Shown here piece after piece: positions 12,090 to 25,634 of a stretch of 64,000 nt of DNA. A program made the translations under genes and the position numbers. Source of the stretch: Lama glama (lineage: Eukaryota). The notes below the pieces were generated by a model. The model was not told the origin of the DNA. It made no database searches and worked only from the letters and a program-made list of their open reading frames with translations. The stretch covers positions 75,952,001-76,016,000 of the forward strand of contig CM052816.1 of assembly GCA_028534125.1 (NCBI GenBank), written 5' to 3'. Numbering within the stretch: the first letter of the stretch is position 1; each line of letters begins with the position of its first letter.

Positions 12090-13250
12090 ATTCTCAACTA
12101 TAAATTTTCTTCTAAACATTGCTTTATTTGCATACTATGTTTTAATAGTTTTAATATGTTGGGCTTTATTTTCATTCATCTCAAAGATTTTTAAATTTCT
12201 CTTTTTGTGATTTCTTCTTTGATCTACTGGTTATTTAGCATGGTGTTATTAAATGTGCACATATTTGCAAGTGTTCTAAGTTTCTTTGTTATGGATTTCT
12301 AATTTTATTCCATTTTGGTTAGCAGATGCACTTTGTATGATTTCAGTCTTTTTAAACTTATTGAGGCTTGTTTTATCATCTAGCATATGATGGATCCTGG
12401 AGAAACTTTCAAGTCGGCTTTGGAAGAATACATGTTTTACAGTTGTTGGTTAGAGCATTCTATATATGTCTGTCAAGTCTAGTTTTTTTTTATAGTGTTG
12501 TTTAATTCTTCTGTTTCCTTTTTGATCTTCTCTCTAATTTTTCTGTCCTTCTAGAAAGAAATAACAGTTATTGTTGTTGAGTTATCTATTCCCCTCTTCA
12601 ATTCTGTCAGCTTTTATTCTATGTATTTTGGGGGCTCTGTTGTTAAATGCATATATTTATAGTTATTATATGTTTATAATAGATTGATCATTTTATCATT
12701 ATAAAATGTCTCTCTTTATCTCTAGTAACTTTTTTTTTTGTTTGTTTGTTTTAAAGTTTGTTTTGGCTGATACTAGTGTAGCTACTTCAGCTTTCTTGTG
12801 ATTGTTTTTTGCATCATGTGTGTCTCCCAATCCTTTTTCTTACACCCTTTTATATCTTTGAATTTACAGGGTCTCTTCTGCAGAGCAAATAGTTGGGCCT
12901 TGTTTTTAACCCAGTCTGACAATCTGACTTTGATTGAGTTTTTTAAATTCGTTTACATTTAATGGCTATTATTGATACAGTTGGACTTATGTTTGCTATC
13001 TTGCTATTTATTTTCTATATGTCTCATGTTTTTTTCTGTTCCTCTGTTACTGCTTTCTTTTGCATCAAATGAAGTTTCTAGTGTAACATTTTAATCCTCT
13101 TAATGAGTTTTTTTCACTATTTTAAAGTCATTTTCTAATAAAATAAGGAAAGCAGTTTCTTATGTGTGGAGGAATAGCACTATTGGATGGATCTATCAGT
13201 ATTTATTAATCATCAGTGTGGGAAAGCATGAGTAAATTTGTGTGTGTGTG

Positions 13251-13318
13251 GGAGAGGGGGAAAGAAGAGGAGAGGGGGAAAGAGGAGGAGAGGGAGAAAG
13301 GGAGATAAAGGGAGAGAG
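13251..13318. repeat. Purine-rich tract with an 18-bp unit GGAGAGGGGGAAAGA(A/G)GA, about 2.8 copies
   Basis: Units start at 13251, 13269 and 13287. Confidence 0.85.
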
Positions 13319-14619
13319 CAAGAGTGCAGGCAGATGTTTTTGATTCTTGTAGAAATATTGTTGGGAGGAGAGCCGTGCTAGGTTGAGGTAAACGTTGCTG
13401 GAAGACCATGAAGGTCCTTCAAGCAACGAACTCCAATTTCATATCATAGGAAGTAGGGAGTCTTCATGTAAGCTGACATCTAATAGGATAGCTTACAGAA
13501 ACCAGGTGAGTGATCATCATGTTGGCAATTAAGAAGAAAGAACCTTTAAGTATGCATTGAACATTCAAAAGTTTCTCTTCACCTTGAGTAAGATTGATTT
13601 TGTCAAGGTCACTCCTATTTGAATGCAGAAGTGTTTTCGTGATTGAATCTGATCTTGATCTACTGATAGCTGCTTAATTTACACAGTTAGGGCTTTTTCC
13701 CTGTATGGAGACTGTCCAATCATGATTGCTTCTCACATTTTTCCTCAGGGAAAGAATCTATATTTATATTAATGGCTTCAGAGTGGTCACAAGGTAATTG
13801 ATTGCTGTTTGCCCTTTTTAATTTGTAGCTATTTGTCCTTCACTTTGTTTCTCAAAAACAGTTCTTGGCACGGTCTCACAAATGAAAGCCCTGTTTTCTA
13901 GATCTAGGCAGCTGCTATGCTTTGGATCTGTGATTTTTACCATCACAAAAATTCAGGGTTGACTTTGGAGGATGATTAAGAAGCTCTATACTTGAAAGAA
14001 AGCTTATTGCTTAAAGTAGCTCGTTGTTGATGGTATATCATTCACATGAGCTTTCAAACTTAGCTTCTGTGGCTGTTTCCTTTTCTACATACTCTGTTCT
14101 GCTTTCCCTCACTCTCCCACCATCCCAAATTCTGCTTTGGTCTCTGATGAAGTTCTCTGTTAAGCACAAGAGCATTGTGCTTTTGTAGAAGCAAATAACT
14201 TGATGAAGATTAGGCTATTTTAATTTTGAAACTCCAAACTTTAACAAACGCAGTGAAAAGCCTTCAAAAATATTAGTCATTACTGCTTAAAACAATCCTG
14301 GGAAGTAAGTCAGTGTTTTATTATTCTCTGTTGGATGTTATTAGCTAGAGACAATCAGAAGAAGTCAAGGCAAGGTTAAATCATTTGTATAGAACTCAGG
14401 TGAAGAAGCCAGAGTTAAAATCCAGGTCCTTGTATCCTGACACTCTTTTTCTCTGGATCATTTTTCTCTCTCAAACAGCATTGTGTTCCCCAGTATATTA
14501 TTAGCAGTTGACTTTGATACTTGTTTTCATGATGGAAACAAGAGGAAAAAAGGTTTACATTTTTTTGTCATCCAGTGGATTAAAAATTGATCACATGAAT
14601 GGGGGAAGTGTGGCAGAAG

Positions 14620-14762
14620 TAATCCTTCCCTCTGGGATGAAGTCAGAACCCTGCATTATGCTTCTGGCTTTTCAGTGCTGGGCATGGCTCACATCCCTAC
14701 ATGTCTCTGAGTTTGCGATCCTCCACGTGTGAGATGGAGCTCATCGTAAATGTGTTGCTGTG
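14620..14762 (+). mobile_element. MIR fragment
   Basis: 'gtctctgagtttgcgatcctccacgtgtgagatggag...gtgttgctgtgag'. Confidence 0.55.
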
Positions 14763-14940
14763 AGCAGGTATTGTCAGGAATGCTTTATTATATAATCATA
14801 TCACCTGGGCTTGTAGTTGAAGGGTGAAGGTGGGAAAGAAGCCACAGGATATGCTCATCAACCTGGCCATGGACAATCTTAACTGTCTGTGTTCTCACAA
14901 CCACCCCCCCCAAACTCTCTTTTTATACTTTCAGTTAAAA

Positions 14941-15108
14941 GAAATTTCCTTGATTCAAAGATGCTATAAATTTTAAGATGCATCATCAGTTTAATAGCAT
15001 CATCAGGGAAAAGTTTCTATATCAAATGTGTATGCCTATGGAAAGAGGTATCCCAATTTGAGAAATGTTAATATGGAAAGGATGTACCTTAGAATAAAGG
15101 AAATGAGG
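14941..15108. mobile_element. TcMar-Tc2 MITE (MER104-like)
   Basis: Imperfect terminal inverted repeats 'atttccttgattcaaagatgc' and 'gtaccttagaataaaggaaat'; about 170 bp long. Confidence 0.6.
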
Positions 15109-18100
15109 TGCTTGTTCAAAACTTCTCCACCATTTTCTCTTTTCTAATGGACTCTGCCTCCCCAAGTGCCCTGAGAAAGGAATAAGAAGAGAGGGTCCCT
15201 ATCAGCTGGCAGGCCCATTGGTTGTCTGTGCTGGTGGTCCCAATTCACAATGTGGTATCTTCTGGATATCTACAGCATGTGTTATATTATAATTATGTAT
15301 TTCTCTGCATTAGTAAATACACTTCAAAGCCAGAAAATTCTAAACTCTGAAAAGATAAACAAAAGACAAAGGCAAAAGCCCTAAATGCTTGACTGAACCT
15401 TACAGTTAATGAAATATTCATTTACTAGGTAAATAGTAATACAGGCTCATTGTTTTATATGTTTCCATCTGGTACCCTTTCAATGAGAGATACATTTTTC
15501 CTTCCACTTTTTAAATCTTTAAAGAAATATAGTAAGAGATGATGCAAGAATCTGTGTCATAGAAGATTAACATAGGCTATAAATCTGTGGTGTCTCTGAC
15601 CTCTCACTGTCTTTTGGGTAGTTTTATTGTTTATTTATTTATTTGTTTTAATACAGACTGATTTTATTATGTTCCCATGGTGTCACATTGCTCAATTTCA
15701 GTTGCTTGCTTCTGGTTGAGATGTTTGGTTTTGTTACAGCAAATGAAAACAAAACCCAGCCCATGTGTCTGGTGAGAACAGTAGAATGTGGGGATGTCAG
15801 CACATTGGACTAAGAAAATATATTGGTCCTGCGGTGTCTTGTTGATTAAAGATGCCCTTATGTGGTCTTCCAAGGCCCTTCTGCTGTGGTTCTCACCTGA
15901 AGCAGGATTTAGATAGAGCTTTTTCCAATTAGACATACCATATTGCCCTCCAAAGATTCTGGCACATGGGTTTAGAGGGATGTTTTAAGGTACCAGATAC
16001 AGGCACAGGTATATGAAAAAGCTCTGTGACTAATTTTGATATCTCTTCTGTCTTGCCTTATTCTCGATTCAAAAACTAATGATCTACTATAAAATGGAAT
16101 TTCCACAATGAGATTTTCTTGGTAGTAAACAAAGGAGGATATTTTGTGAAATCTTACGTGCTGAGAATCAGAGACCCTTTCCAGTGAAATACTAGTTTTA
16201 TCTTATATTCCTAATAGTTGTTCCCATTATAGTCCTGTGTTACCTAGTGACCCTGTAACTGAATATTCTCTTTTGCTGGAATGAAGCCTTTTTCTTCCTG
16301 TCAATTTCTTCACCATCTTTCTCCTTGAACTAAGTTCATGTCTAAATCTACTAATTCCATTTCTTTGTCTGGGTAATGTTTTATGATTTCTAAATCATTT
16401 TTTTGTACAATAAAGGTCAGTGCTGGTCTGATATCTTCCCTGAAACTTCCCTCAACTTCTTTTGTTCATGGAAATGTCTTGATGAATTCTAAATGAATTC
16501 TCTAGCATTTATTGTTTTCATCTCACATCTGACATTTACCGGTTTGTGGTTTTTTTTTTTTCCTAGTTGTTTTCTGTATTTTATCTGCATTTTCAAGGAT
16601 CTTTAACATTCCAACAGAGCATGTAAAATATTGTTTATTGTTTTTATAAACTTGGTAGAGCTTAACATACTATTCAATACATCCTAATATCCTGGTGATG
16701 GCTAGTTAAGTTGAATTGAGCTTTTTCTTCAGATTTTGATTTTACAGTAATGTTCTTATTGAAAGTTTCCAACCACTTGCATAGAAAATATGAGCCTGAA
16801 ATATGTTTGAATGTCAATGAGTTAGCATCATTATAGTCTTATGTCTCATTGAATAATGTTAAGTGCCTGGGTATGCATGAGATTAGACTAGGCATAAATT
16901 ACTTAGAAGACAGAATTTCTGCCTTCTTAGAGAATTAAATTTACATTAACATTGCACCTAATGAGCATAATCTTTTTTTTATAAGGGCCAAGATTTAAAA
17001 TAAATATTGATATTTTCTTATATGACATTATGGAAAGCCATAAAATAATTTTGCTGTGCAAGTATAGTAAACATATTCATGTAGTCATTGGTAATATACT
17101 ATCTATGAGTATATTTAGAAATGCATGCTTAAAACCTTTAATTGAAACCATTGATTTATGAAAGCAAACATAAAATGAAGAAATAGAGCAGAAAGAAGGC
17201 CTTGGTGCAGTGTTAAGTTTGGTTTGTAAAATATTCAGATATTTATCATTGCTGGATTACACATATTGATTGGAAACCAACGTTTTTCTTTCATTTATTA
17301 CAAGAAAGACACATTTCAGTTTTAAATTTATATCATTCTTTCATTCAGTATCAATTGCTTGACTATGGTTAGTATTCACCAGTGCATTTACTGTGTTGTA
17401 ACTCACACATTCAATCCGTATTTGTATTTAGATGTTTGAAAACACAAGAGGAACTCACTGAGAATATGATTCAGTCATTCTTTTTAATACCAGTCATTCG
17501 GAAAATTAAAGTGTAACGGATAACTTGATCATCTTCCAGCTCTACCCTTGCCTCTGGGTATAATCATGCAGAATTGGTTTTGGGAGAAAAAGGTTGTTGC
17601 CTGCTTTCAATTGCTTATGAGATTTAAAGCTTTTTAACTTGCTTTCTTGTCAGGAAAAAGAGGCTGCTTTATCTCAAAATCAAAACGAGATTTTCAGGAT
17701 TGAGAGGTGAAGGTTCAAGTGAAAGTTTCAAGTGATGAAGAGAAATTACTGACCATGGTTTCTGAGAGAAAACCTGTCAGGTGTTAATGATTTCCCACTG
17801 TGCTGTGGGACATTTGTGTTTTTCCTACTTAAGGCTTCATGATGGTATCAGCTGTTTTCATCAGTTTAGGTAGACAGACTCGTCAACAGTAACTATCTTT
17901 CCCCCTTCACTCTGTTCTTTTCCCTTCTGAATCAGAAATGATTTTGCACTTCTGTTTTATTTCTGTTCCATCTCTCAGGGCCTTTATCCCCAGTCCACAC
18001 TCCTACAGTGAGAGCATGTCATCTCTCTATAGTCTCTGGAGAGCTAATCAAGGATTAATCACTCTTCCTCATTCAGTCAGGTTTAGCCCTTTTATTCTCC

Positions 18101-18164
18101 TTTTGTGTCCTGGGCAAGGAGTATGAAATAACGTTGTTCTAGGAAAAATTTATGGCTAAATTTC

Positions 18165-18325
18165 CTCATTTTGGGGTTCAGTGACCCTTTCAGAATGTAA
18201 CAAATGCTGTAGCTCCTCTATCCATTACAAAGCACAAATGGAAATTTCAACATACTATTTCGTTTGCTGTGTGGACTCCCCATTCTTCCCAAATCAGTCT
18301 GTAGACCTCTGATTAAGAAGCCCTA
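18165..18325. mobile_element. hAT-Charlie MITE remnant
   Basis: 'gaccctttcagaatgtaacaaatgctgtagctcctct...gacctctgattaagaagccct'. Confidence 0.5.
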
Positions 18326-18942
18326 TGTAGCCTTAGGCTATAAAGGGCTTTATTATTTCTTTTTCTAGTAGATTTAATTGTAAGATGGCCATGTGGGCAT
18401 TAGATGAGCAGGTAGTTAAGGTAAGGAAAAAGAAACTAATTCCATATAAATATCTTGGTGCCTGTGATGAAATAACAGCAGCCTCTGAGAAAAGGGGTCG
18501 ATTGGTCACTCAAAACAGTCTTTATCTATTTGTGTTTTTAGGGTGGTTTATTTCAGGGATAAAAAAGACTCTGAAGACCACATACCCATTCTGCAGAAGC
18601 ATGTTATAGCAACATCAGTTCCAGACATTTGAAAATTTAAATCTCACATTAATATGAAACATGAAATGAAGAGTGGTATAATGTTCAGTTTATATTAAAT
18701 ATCTTGGTAAAATGATTGATTCATGGTCAAAAATAATACTTGCTCTTGAAATATAAGTGTTTATTCATATAACAAAATTAACTCAGAGTCTAACTGAGAT
18801 TTTGAAAAATTCTCATCTGGAGGGCAGTCATTGGAAAGTAGGCTTAGAAGTTCCTTCAAAGCAGAGGCTCTCTCTGAGAGAATATGACCTTGAAGAGTCA
18901 GTAGCTACCTTAGACTCTAACTGATTGCCACTATTAACACAA

Positions 18943-19062
18943 CAGGGTGACCAACTTTTTGCGATTTGCCCAGGACTTTCCCAGGTTTAGCACTGGGAAC
19001 TCCCTTTCTTTCCCCCTGCGTGTCCCAGTCCCAGACAAACTGAGATGATTGGTCTACGATTA
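18943..19062. mobile_element. MER81 (hAT-Blackjack MITE)
   Basis: 'agggtgaccaac...tttgcccaggactttcccaggtttagcactg...cccagacaaactgagatgattggtc'. Confidence 0.8.
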
Positions 19063-19530
19063 GATGCATGATCTTGAATCACAGACGTTGAATTCTCCTG
19101 GTCTTCAGTTTTCTTGTGTATAAAATGAAGAGGATGGACTAGATGGCCAACGATCCTTACAGGTCCAAGGGATGATTTTATCCTCCAGTCATGTTTCCTT
19201 TCCCTTTCTCATTTAGATATCCATGAAAATCTTGGAGATTAATTCCTTATTTATCTTTGTACTCTACTCTACTTTTAATTTATAGCACATCAGTTCAGCA
19301 CAAGGCTTACCTTCCTTCAGTGAGCCAGACACAACTCTTAGGAATTTTTGGCAATCAAGATACAGACTTAAGTTAGCATACTTATAGAAAAGGTGGTGAG
19401 ATCTGTTGTTCACTACAATCCAGATAATCTGCTGGCAGAAACTCAAATTGCACACATACTCTGAGTTGAGAGACTAGGAAGGGGAGTTGCAGGGAGCTTT
19501 TAGAGGCAAAAGAGAACTGTTGGTTTAGTA

Positions 19531-22172
19531 TTTTTTTTTTAAGATTTAATGAAATATATTTCACATATCATACAATTTACACATGTAAGGTATACAATTC
19601 ATTGGTTTTCAGTCTATTCAGATATATATGCAAGTATCACCACAGTCAGTTTAAAAAAATCTCATCACTCAGAAAGAAACTCTGTATTTTTCAGCTCTTG
19701 ACTCCCTATTCTCCTAACAGTTCATACTCTAAGCCCTGAATAACTGCTTTCTATCTCTAGATTTGCTTATTCTGGATATTTCATATAGGTAGAATCATTT
19801 TATATATGTGATCTTTTGGGACTAGCTTCTTTTAGTCAGTAGAATGTTTTCAAGATTCAATCATATCATAGCATATATTTACTTCATTCCTTTTTCATGG
19901 ATGAATAACATTCTGTTGTGTGGCTACACCACCCTTTGTTTATATATTCATCAGTTTGTTACTGAGTGCAAGCTTGTACTGCTAGCCTCATGACAGGCTA
20001 ATGGATTAAGAGACAAAGTGTTGGGGCAAGGAATAGCGACTTTATTCAGAAGGCCAGCAGACCAAGAAAATAGTGAACTAGTGTCCCAAAGAACCGTTTT
20101 CCCTGAGTCAGAATTCAGGCTTCTTTTATACTAAAAGAAAGGAGGTGGAGTCTTGGTTCTGGATGTGTTAATTTCTTCCTGCCTGCAGCCATTCACAGAT
20201 GAGCCTGGTCAAGAGGTTTCCCGTGAGCTAAACAAAGGTATTTTAGCTTAACACTTATTACTTAGGAGGCAGTGTTCCCAGAGATGGGCAGTTATGTGTA
20301 ATTCAAGCTTATAGGCAACACCTACTACAAGCTTATGAACATTTTGATTGTTTCTAGTTTTTGGCTATCAAGAATAATGCTGTTGTAAACACTTATGTAC
20401 AACTTTTTATGGACGTGTGTTTTCATTTCTCTTATATACCTAGGAGTGGAATTTTGGGTCATATGGTAACTTTATGTTTAACTATTTAACCATTTGAGAA
20501 ACTGCCAAACTGTTATCCAAAGTGACTGCTGCAGCTTCCATTCCCAGATTCTCATATAAGCATGAAGTTTCTGATTTCTCCACTTCTTTGCCAATACTTC
20601 CTAATGACTAATGATGTTGAGCATTTCTTCATGTGATTATTGGCAATTCATGTATTGTTTTTAGAAAATATCTATTCAGATCCTTTGTCCACTTAAAAAT
20701 TGAGTTTTTTGTCTTTTATTATTAAGTTGTAAGAGTTCTTTATATATTCTAGATACAGGTCTCTTATCAGATAAGTAATTTCCAAAACTTTTCTCCTATT
20801 CCATGGGTTGTCTTTTCACTTTCTTGGTAGTATCCTTGCCTTGGTCCTGTTATTAGGGGAAAAGCATCTAGTCTTTCATCATTAAGTAGGATGCTAGCTG
20901 TGAGGTTTTCAAAGATGTCCTTTATCAGGTTGAAGAAATTCTATTCTTAGTTGGATTTTTTAAAATCATTAAAAGGTGTTGGATTTGTCAAATGCTTTTT
21001 CTGCTTTATAGAAAAGATCATGGGGTTTTGTTTTTTATTCTGCTGATATGTAATCAGTTAATTACATTAATTGATTTTCAGATGTTAATTCAACCTTGAA
21101 TGCCTGGGATAAATTTCACTTGGTCATATGTTGCTGCATTCAGTTTGCTGTTTTGTTGAGGATTTTTGCATCCACATTTGTAAGTGGTATTGGCCTGTCA
21201 TTGTCTTGTGATGTCTTTGTCTGGTTTTGTCGTTCAGTATTATACTGTCCTCATAATAACAGTTGGGAAGTTTCCTTTCTTTTGTGTTTTATGAAGAGTT
21301 TGTGAAGAATTGGTATTAATTCTTTGTAAAATGTTAGGCAGAATTTATTGGTGGGGCCATCTGGGCCTGGATTTTTCCTGGAAGTCCTTTTTATTTCTTT
21401 AAGGTTGTTAGTAATGTTTCATCTTTAATTTCTGATTCTGATAATTTGACTACAAGTGTAGATAAACAATTTGTCAACTTTGTTGATTTTCAAAGTACTC
21501 ATTTTTTGTTTTATTGATTTTCTCTGTTTTTAATTGTATGTTTTATTTCCATGCTAGGCTTTATTATTTTCTTCTTGCTTTAGGTTTAATTTGCTCTTTT
21601 TTTTTTTTTTGATGTCTTAAAGTTGAAGAAAGTTGAAGGGTTGGTTTTGATTTGAGATCTTTCTTTTTAAAAAAAAATAGGTATTTACAGCTATAGAGTT
21701 CCCTCAAAGCACTTTTTTAGCTGAATTCCATATATTCTGCTATATGTTATATCTTCATTTTTTAATTCATCTCAAAATACTTTAAAATTTCTCTTTTGAT
21801 TTCTTCTTTGACCCATTGGTTTTTGAGGAGCATGTTGTTTATTATCCACATGTTTTTGAGTTTCTCAGAAATTTTTTTGTTACTGATTCTAATTTTATTC
21901 TATTGTGGTTGGAGAACATACTTTGGATGATTTCAATCCATTAAAATGTATCAAGGCTTGTTTTATGGCCTAGCATATGTTCTGTCCTGGAGAATGTTTC
22001 AGGTGCTTTTGAGAAGAATGTATTTTCTGCCATTGCTTGGTGGAATGTTTTATAGATGTCTATTTTGTCTAGTTGGTTCTCAGTGTTATTTAAGTCTTCT
22101 GTTTCCATGTTGATCCTGTGCCTATTTGTTCTGTCCATTATTGGAGGTGGTCTATTGAAGTCCCCAACTATT
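19531..22172 (-). mobile_element. Old L1MB-type element with internal deletions, interrupted by an LTR
   Basis: Poly-T at 19531-19540 followed by L1 3' UTR. ORF 21941-22138 'INMETEDLNNTENQLDKIDIYKTFH...TFFSKAPETFSRTEHMLGHKTSL' matches the L1 endonuclease. Confidence 0.92.
19957..20329 (-). mobile_element. ERV1-class solo LTR
   Basis: TG...CA termini and 4-bp TSD AGTT/AGCT. Minus-strand TATAAAA (20124-20130) and AATAAA (20041-20046). The host L1 resumes at the same point. Confidence 0.85.
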
Positions 22173-24940
22173 CTTTCTGTGGTATTGAATTTTGAATTTC
22201 CAATGGCATGCTAAATCTGTTTATTTTTGGAGTTGGAAATATACCAAGATTTCCAGTTCTGTCTGTATTGCTACATCTTTGGCTGCAGGATTCTTTCGTT
22301 TAGACTACTCTTAACTTCACTTTCAAGGCTCATTTGTATATGTAATCATTATGATAAAGTTAATGACCCCAAATTTGTTGTATCTGATTGCGTAGGGACT
22401 CAAACATGTGGGCAGGAGTTTATTCCAACAGAGGGACCATTGTTAATTAGAAATATAATATAAGAAGCATCTTTATCACAAAAAAATGATAAAGTAGATG
22501 GTAGCATAGTCCTTACTCAGACTGAAAAGAGGGAGATGATAATAGAAATAGTAATTATTTTGATATTGGAATAAAGCTCACTCACCTAAGGGGCAAGGGA
22601 CTATACAATGAAATTCTTTAAAGTTTGAAAGTATTGATTATTCTATTCATTTTTTTCCCTCTTAGCCTATAGAACAATGCATAACAAAAACTCATGCTTG
22701 TATTTTGTGTTTTGAGGTAGAGCAATTTATTTTTTCTTTTTCCTTTTGTAATTATAAGCTAATTACAGAAGAGAAAACTTAGTTTTTTACTGGGGACCAG
22801 TCAGAGTATTTTAGCCACTTTCCTTTAATTTGTAGGATCAGTTTGTACCTAAGTGTGTGTACTGGGCACACTCTTACTCCCAAGCAATCTAATATCTCTG
22901 AAGACCCTTTCTATTTCCTCCCTCTCTTAAGAAGGTGATGAATGTAGTTAGGGATTGGAAGTTAACATGTGAGATGGTCTATCTTATTCTGACTGAGTGT
23001 GAGGGAGCTGGTTTGGTTAACTTTGTATTCTAGGTCATGGAATTCATAGAATTGACTATCTTACTACATCTTTTAAGATGTAGGTGTTTAAATGACTTAT
23101 TGAGATATTCTTATAGTAGATGAAATGTGACTATAAAAATAAAACATAAAAATATATCTATATTTCTATATTCAAATGAATATTGTCTTTTCTTAACAGT
23201 AAATATGTGGTGCAATGCTACAATTGCTAATGTCTGGAACTTCTGTTTTAATGTTGCCTTCTAAAGGACATTTCTGGGGGAATCACTGCTCTGGCTGATG
23301 ACTGCATGCTGTTCTTGAGTTCAAACCAGATCACTCAGATTAATTGATTTGTTAGACCTACATCTGAAGAGTTTTGGATGTTTCCCAAATAAAATATATG
23401 CCCCCTCCCCACATCAGATAAAAGACTTGTCAGCTGTCTTTTATTATCATTATACTGAATTAGTGTACTGAGCCCATATGGATAAAGATTTCTTCTAATA
23501 TTCTAAGGAGCAGTTGAAAGCAGGGGCCTATGCAAAACTGAATCATTGTACAGAATTTTTAAAATAATATTCTTTCCAACCACATTTATTATAAACATAC
23601 AGTGTGCCAGCTACCATGGCATTGTAGGTTGGCCAAGGAATCTAACCACCATTCACAGCACTGTTTCTATTGCAATTTGTATCGAGGTTCAAAACAACAA
23701 TCTGCATCCTTTTAGAAACACAGTTTGCTCAAAAACTAGAGGTAGTCTCGACTTTGAGTTCCTGCCAAATTAAATGTTTAACTTTTGTGGCCACAAATCC
23801 CATGAAACAAAAAGACTGCCTTGAAGCCTTCCCATAGTTTCTATTACCAGGCATGAGACGTATTTCAAAACAGTGCAGATGTTAGGGATGAAGTCAGCAG
23901 CACCACAGAGAAGGGAAATTCATATCGTGATAGCAAACAAATAGAACCATGTTTTAATCATATGATGTTTTGGACTTCTCAGACAACACATATTATGTGA
24001 TGTTCTTTTGTTTTATGCTTTTCCTTTGGGCCCTCAAGTATTAAGGCAGATGCTCTCTCTAAGGACCAGAGCAGGGTGAATTTATCTTGGAAACTAATGC
24101 TGATGACCAAAAAGTAGATTTCCTTCTGACTGGCTAGTAGTTGTTTCATTTGGTATAGACTGTAGATTGAAAGACTATGAAGTTGAAATTTTATGAACAA
24201 CAAAACTTACATTTATATTTTGTGTCCAATCAATATTTGGTACTTTCATAGTCACGGCAGCTCTGTAAATGGACAGGGTTGGGCATGAAGTACCTGGAAG
24301 GGAGGGGAGGAGGCAGTAGTAACAACTGCCTTGTTATTGTATTAGCGTGGGCTTCCCTGTCTAGCCCTGCCTCTCACTCTTCCTTGTTGTGTTACCTTTA
24401 TGTTTTCAGGATCTCCTTGGTGATAGCAAATGTGGCTGGATGTGAATTGAGGGGGCAGGGTATCTGTTGCCCTAAACTTTGCCAAGACCTAGCTGGGTGC
24501 CAGAAGAGAAAATTGGATCTCCAGAAGGAGGTAGTGTGTTTGGAAATATGTGGGAGGGTGTTAACATCTAGTTTATTTCCTGCAAATCGCCCAACTCTGT
24601 TTCATAAGCTTTTCTTTTTCCAAGACATCTCTGTGCTTTTCTTCTCAAATTGTACATTGCAGAACACTAAGGGAAATTAAAAGGTGATTAAATTCTGCAA
24701 ATGAAGATCAGCTTCATGATCTAAATCATATGACCTCTTAGAGACAGAACTGTGGGGAGGATCCAGGTGTCTTCCATACAGTATATCTTTCCAGTAGACC
24801 ATGGTGGCCTCTTTTCTGGCATCCTAAACCCTGTTTTGTAGAGCCAGTAGGTCTTAGCATGATTAAAAATATTTTAAGACATTCTCCTCCTTTTCCAAAC
24901 ACACACATAGAAATACTTTTGTCAGCAATTGAGAGGGTTT

Positions 24941-25634
24941 TGTTATCAAACCAGGTTCATTTGGCTGACACACAATAAATCAAACCCTGAGATGCTGAGG
25001 TTTGAATCAGAGAAAGGATTTATTCACGCAGCAGCCAAGTGAGGAGATAGTAGAACAAATCTCAGATCTGAAAAATCTCAGAAAGAAGCAGGGTGGTCTT
25101 AGGCATGGGAAAAGGTGATTGGAGGTAGGGAAGAGGTAAGTGATTGGTGCTCTGTGCAGGTGTGTCTGGGTTACATGCTTCTTCATGGGATGCATGTTCA
25201 AAAATGGAGGTGCTTAGCGTGATCTGAGGGTGGAGTTTCTGGCCCTCTGACTTCAAAAAGTCATTCACTGGACACCTGTGCAGGCCCAGTTTTAGGGTTG
25301 GTGGTCCCAACCAGCTTAGTCAGCTTGAACTGGGTACGAGCTGACTCCAAGTTCCTGGAAAACAACTTAGACCCCTGTTATTGTAGTGGTTCGTATGCCA
25401 AAGGCATTATCTATAAGAGTGGTGAAGGAGTCAAAATATAATTAAGACAAGTTTGGTCAATGTGGGTAGGTTACAAGCAGAAGGTTTTTTTTTTTTTTTT
25501 TTTTAAAACAAGCTGTTCTCTTACCTGCTGTTCTGTAAGACAAGCTCAAGAATTTCTATTAGTCATCAGTTTTTGTTAACCCTATGGGGCACGGTTTAAG
25601 ACTGAGTTTTTTAACCCTGTGGGGCATGGTTTCA
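24941..25634 (-). mobile_element. ERV1-class solo LTR (694 bp)
   Basis: TG...CA termini and perfect 4-bp TSD GTTT (24937-24940, 25635-25638). Minus-strand AATAAA near 25019 and two CCAAT boxes (gattgg). Confidence 0.88.

Larger units (their letters stand above)
8873..13130 (-). mobile_element. Old L1MB-type element (3' UTR, ORF2 C-terminus, endonuclease region), interrupted by two younger L1 pieces
   Basis: 3' end 'ctttatagagatataattcatatatc...aagtgtacaactcattgg'. ORF 10679-10954 '[28 protein letters not shown]' matches the L1 ORF2 C-terminus. Confidence 0.9.

Noticed and set aside
17630..17790. Exon-like purine-rich segment after 'tttcttgtcag'
   Set aside because: Stops in all three frames over the full length, and only weak donors.
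24279..24680. 133-aa ORF with an acceptor-like 'ttttcag' near 24409
   Set aside because: Non-ATG start, no recognisable homology and a weak donor (GAG|gtagtg).
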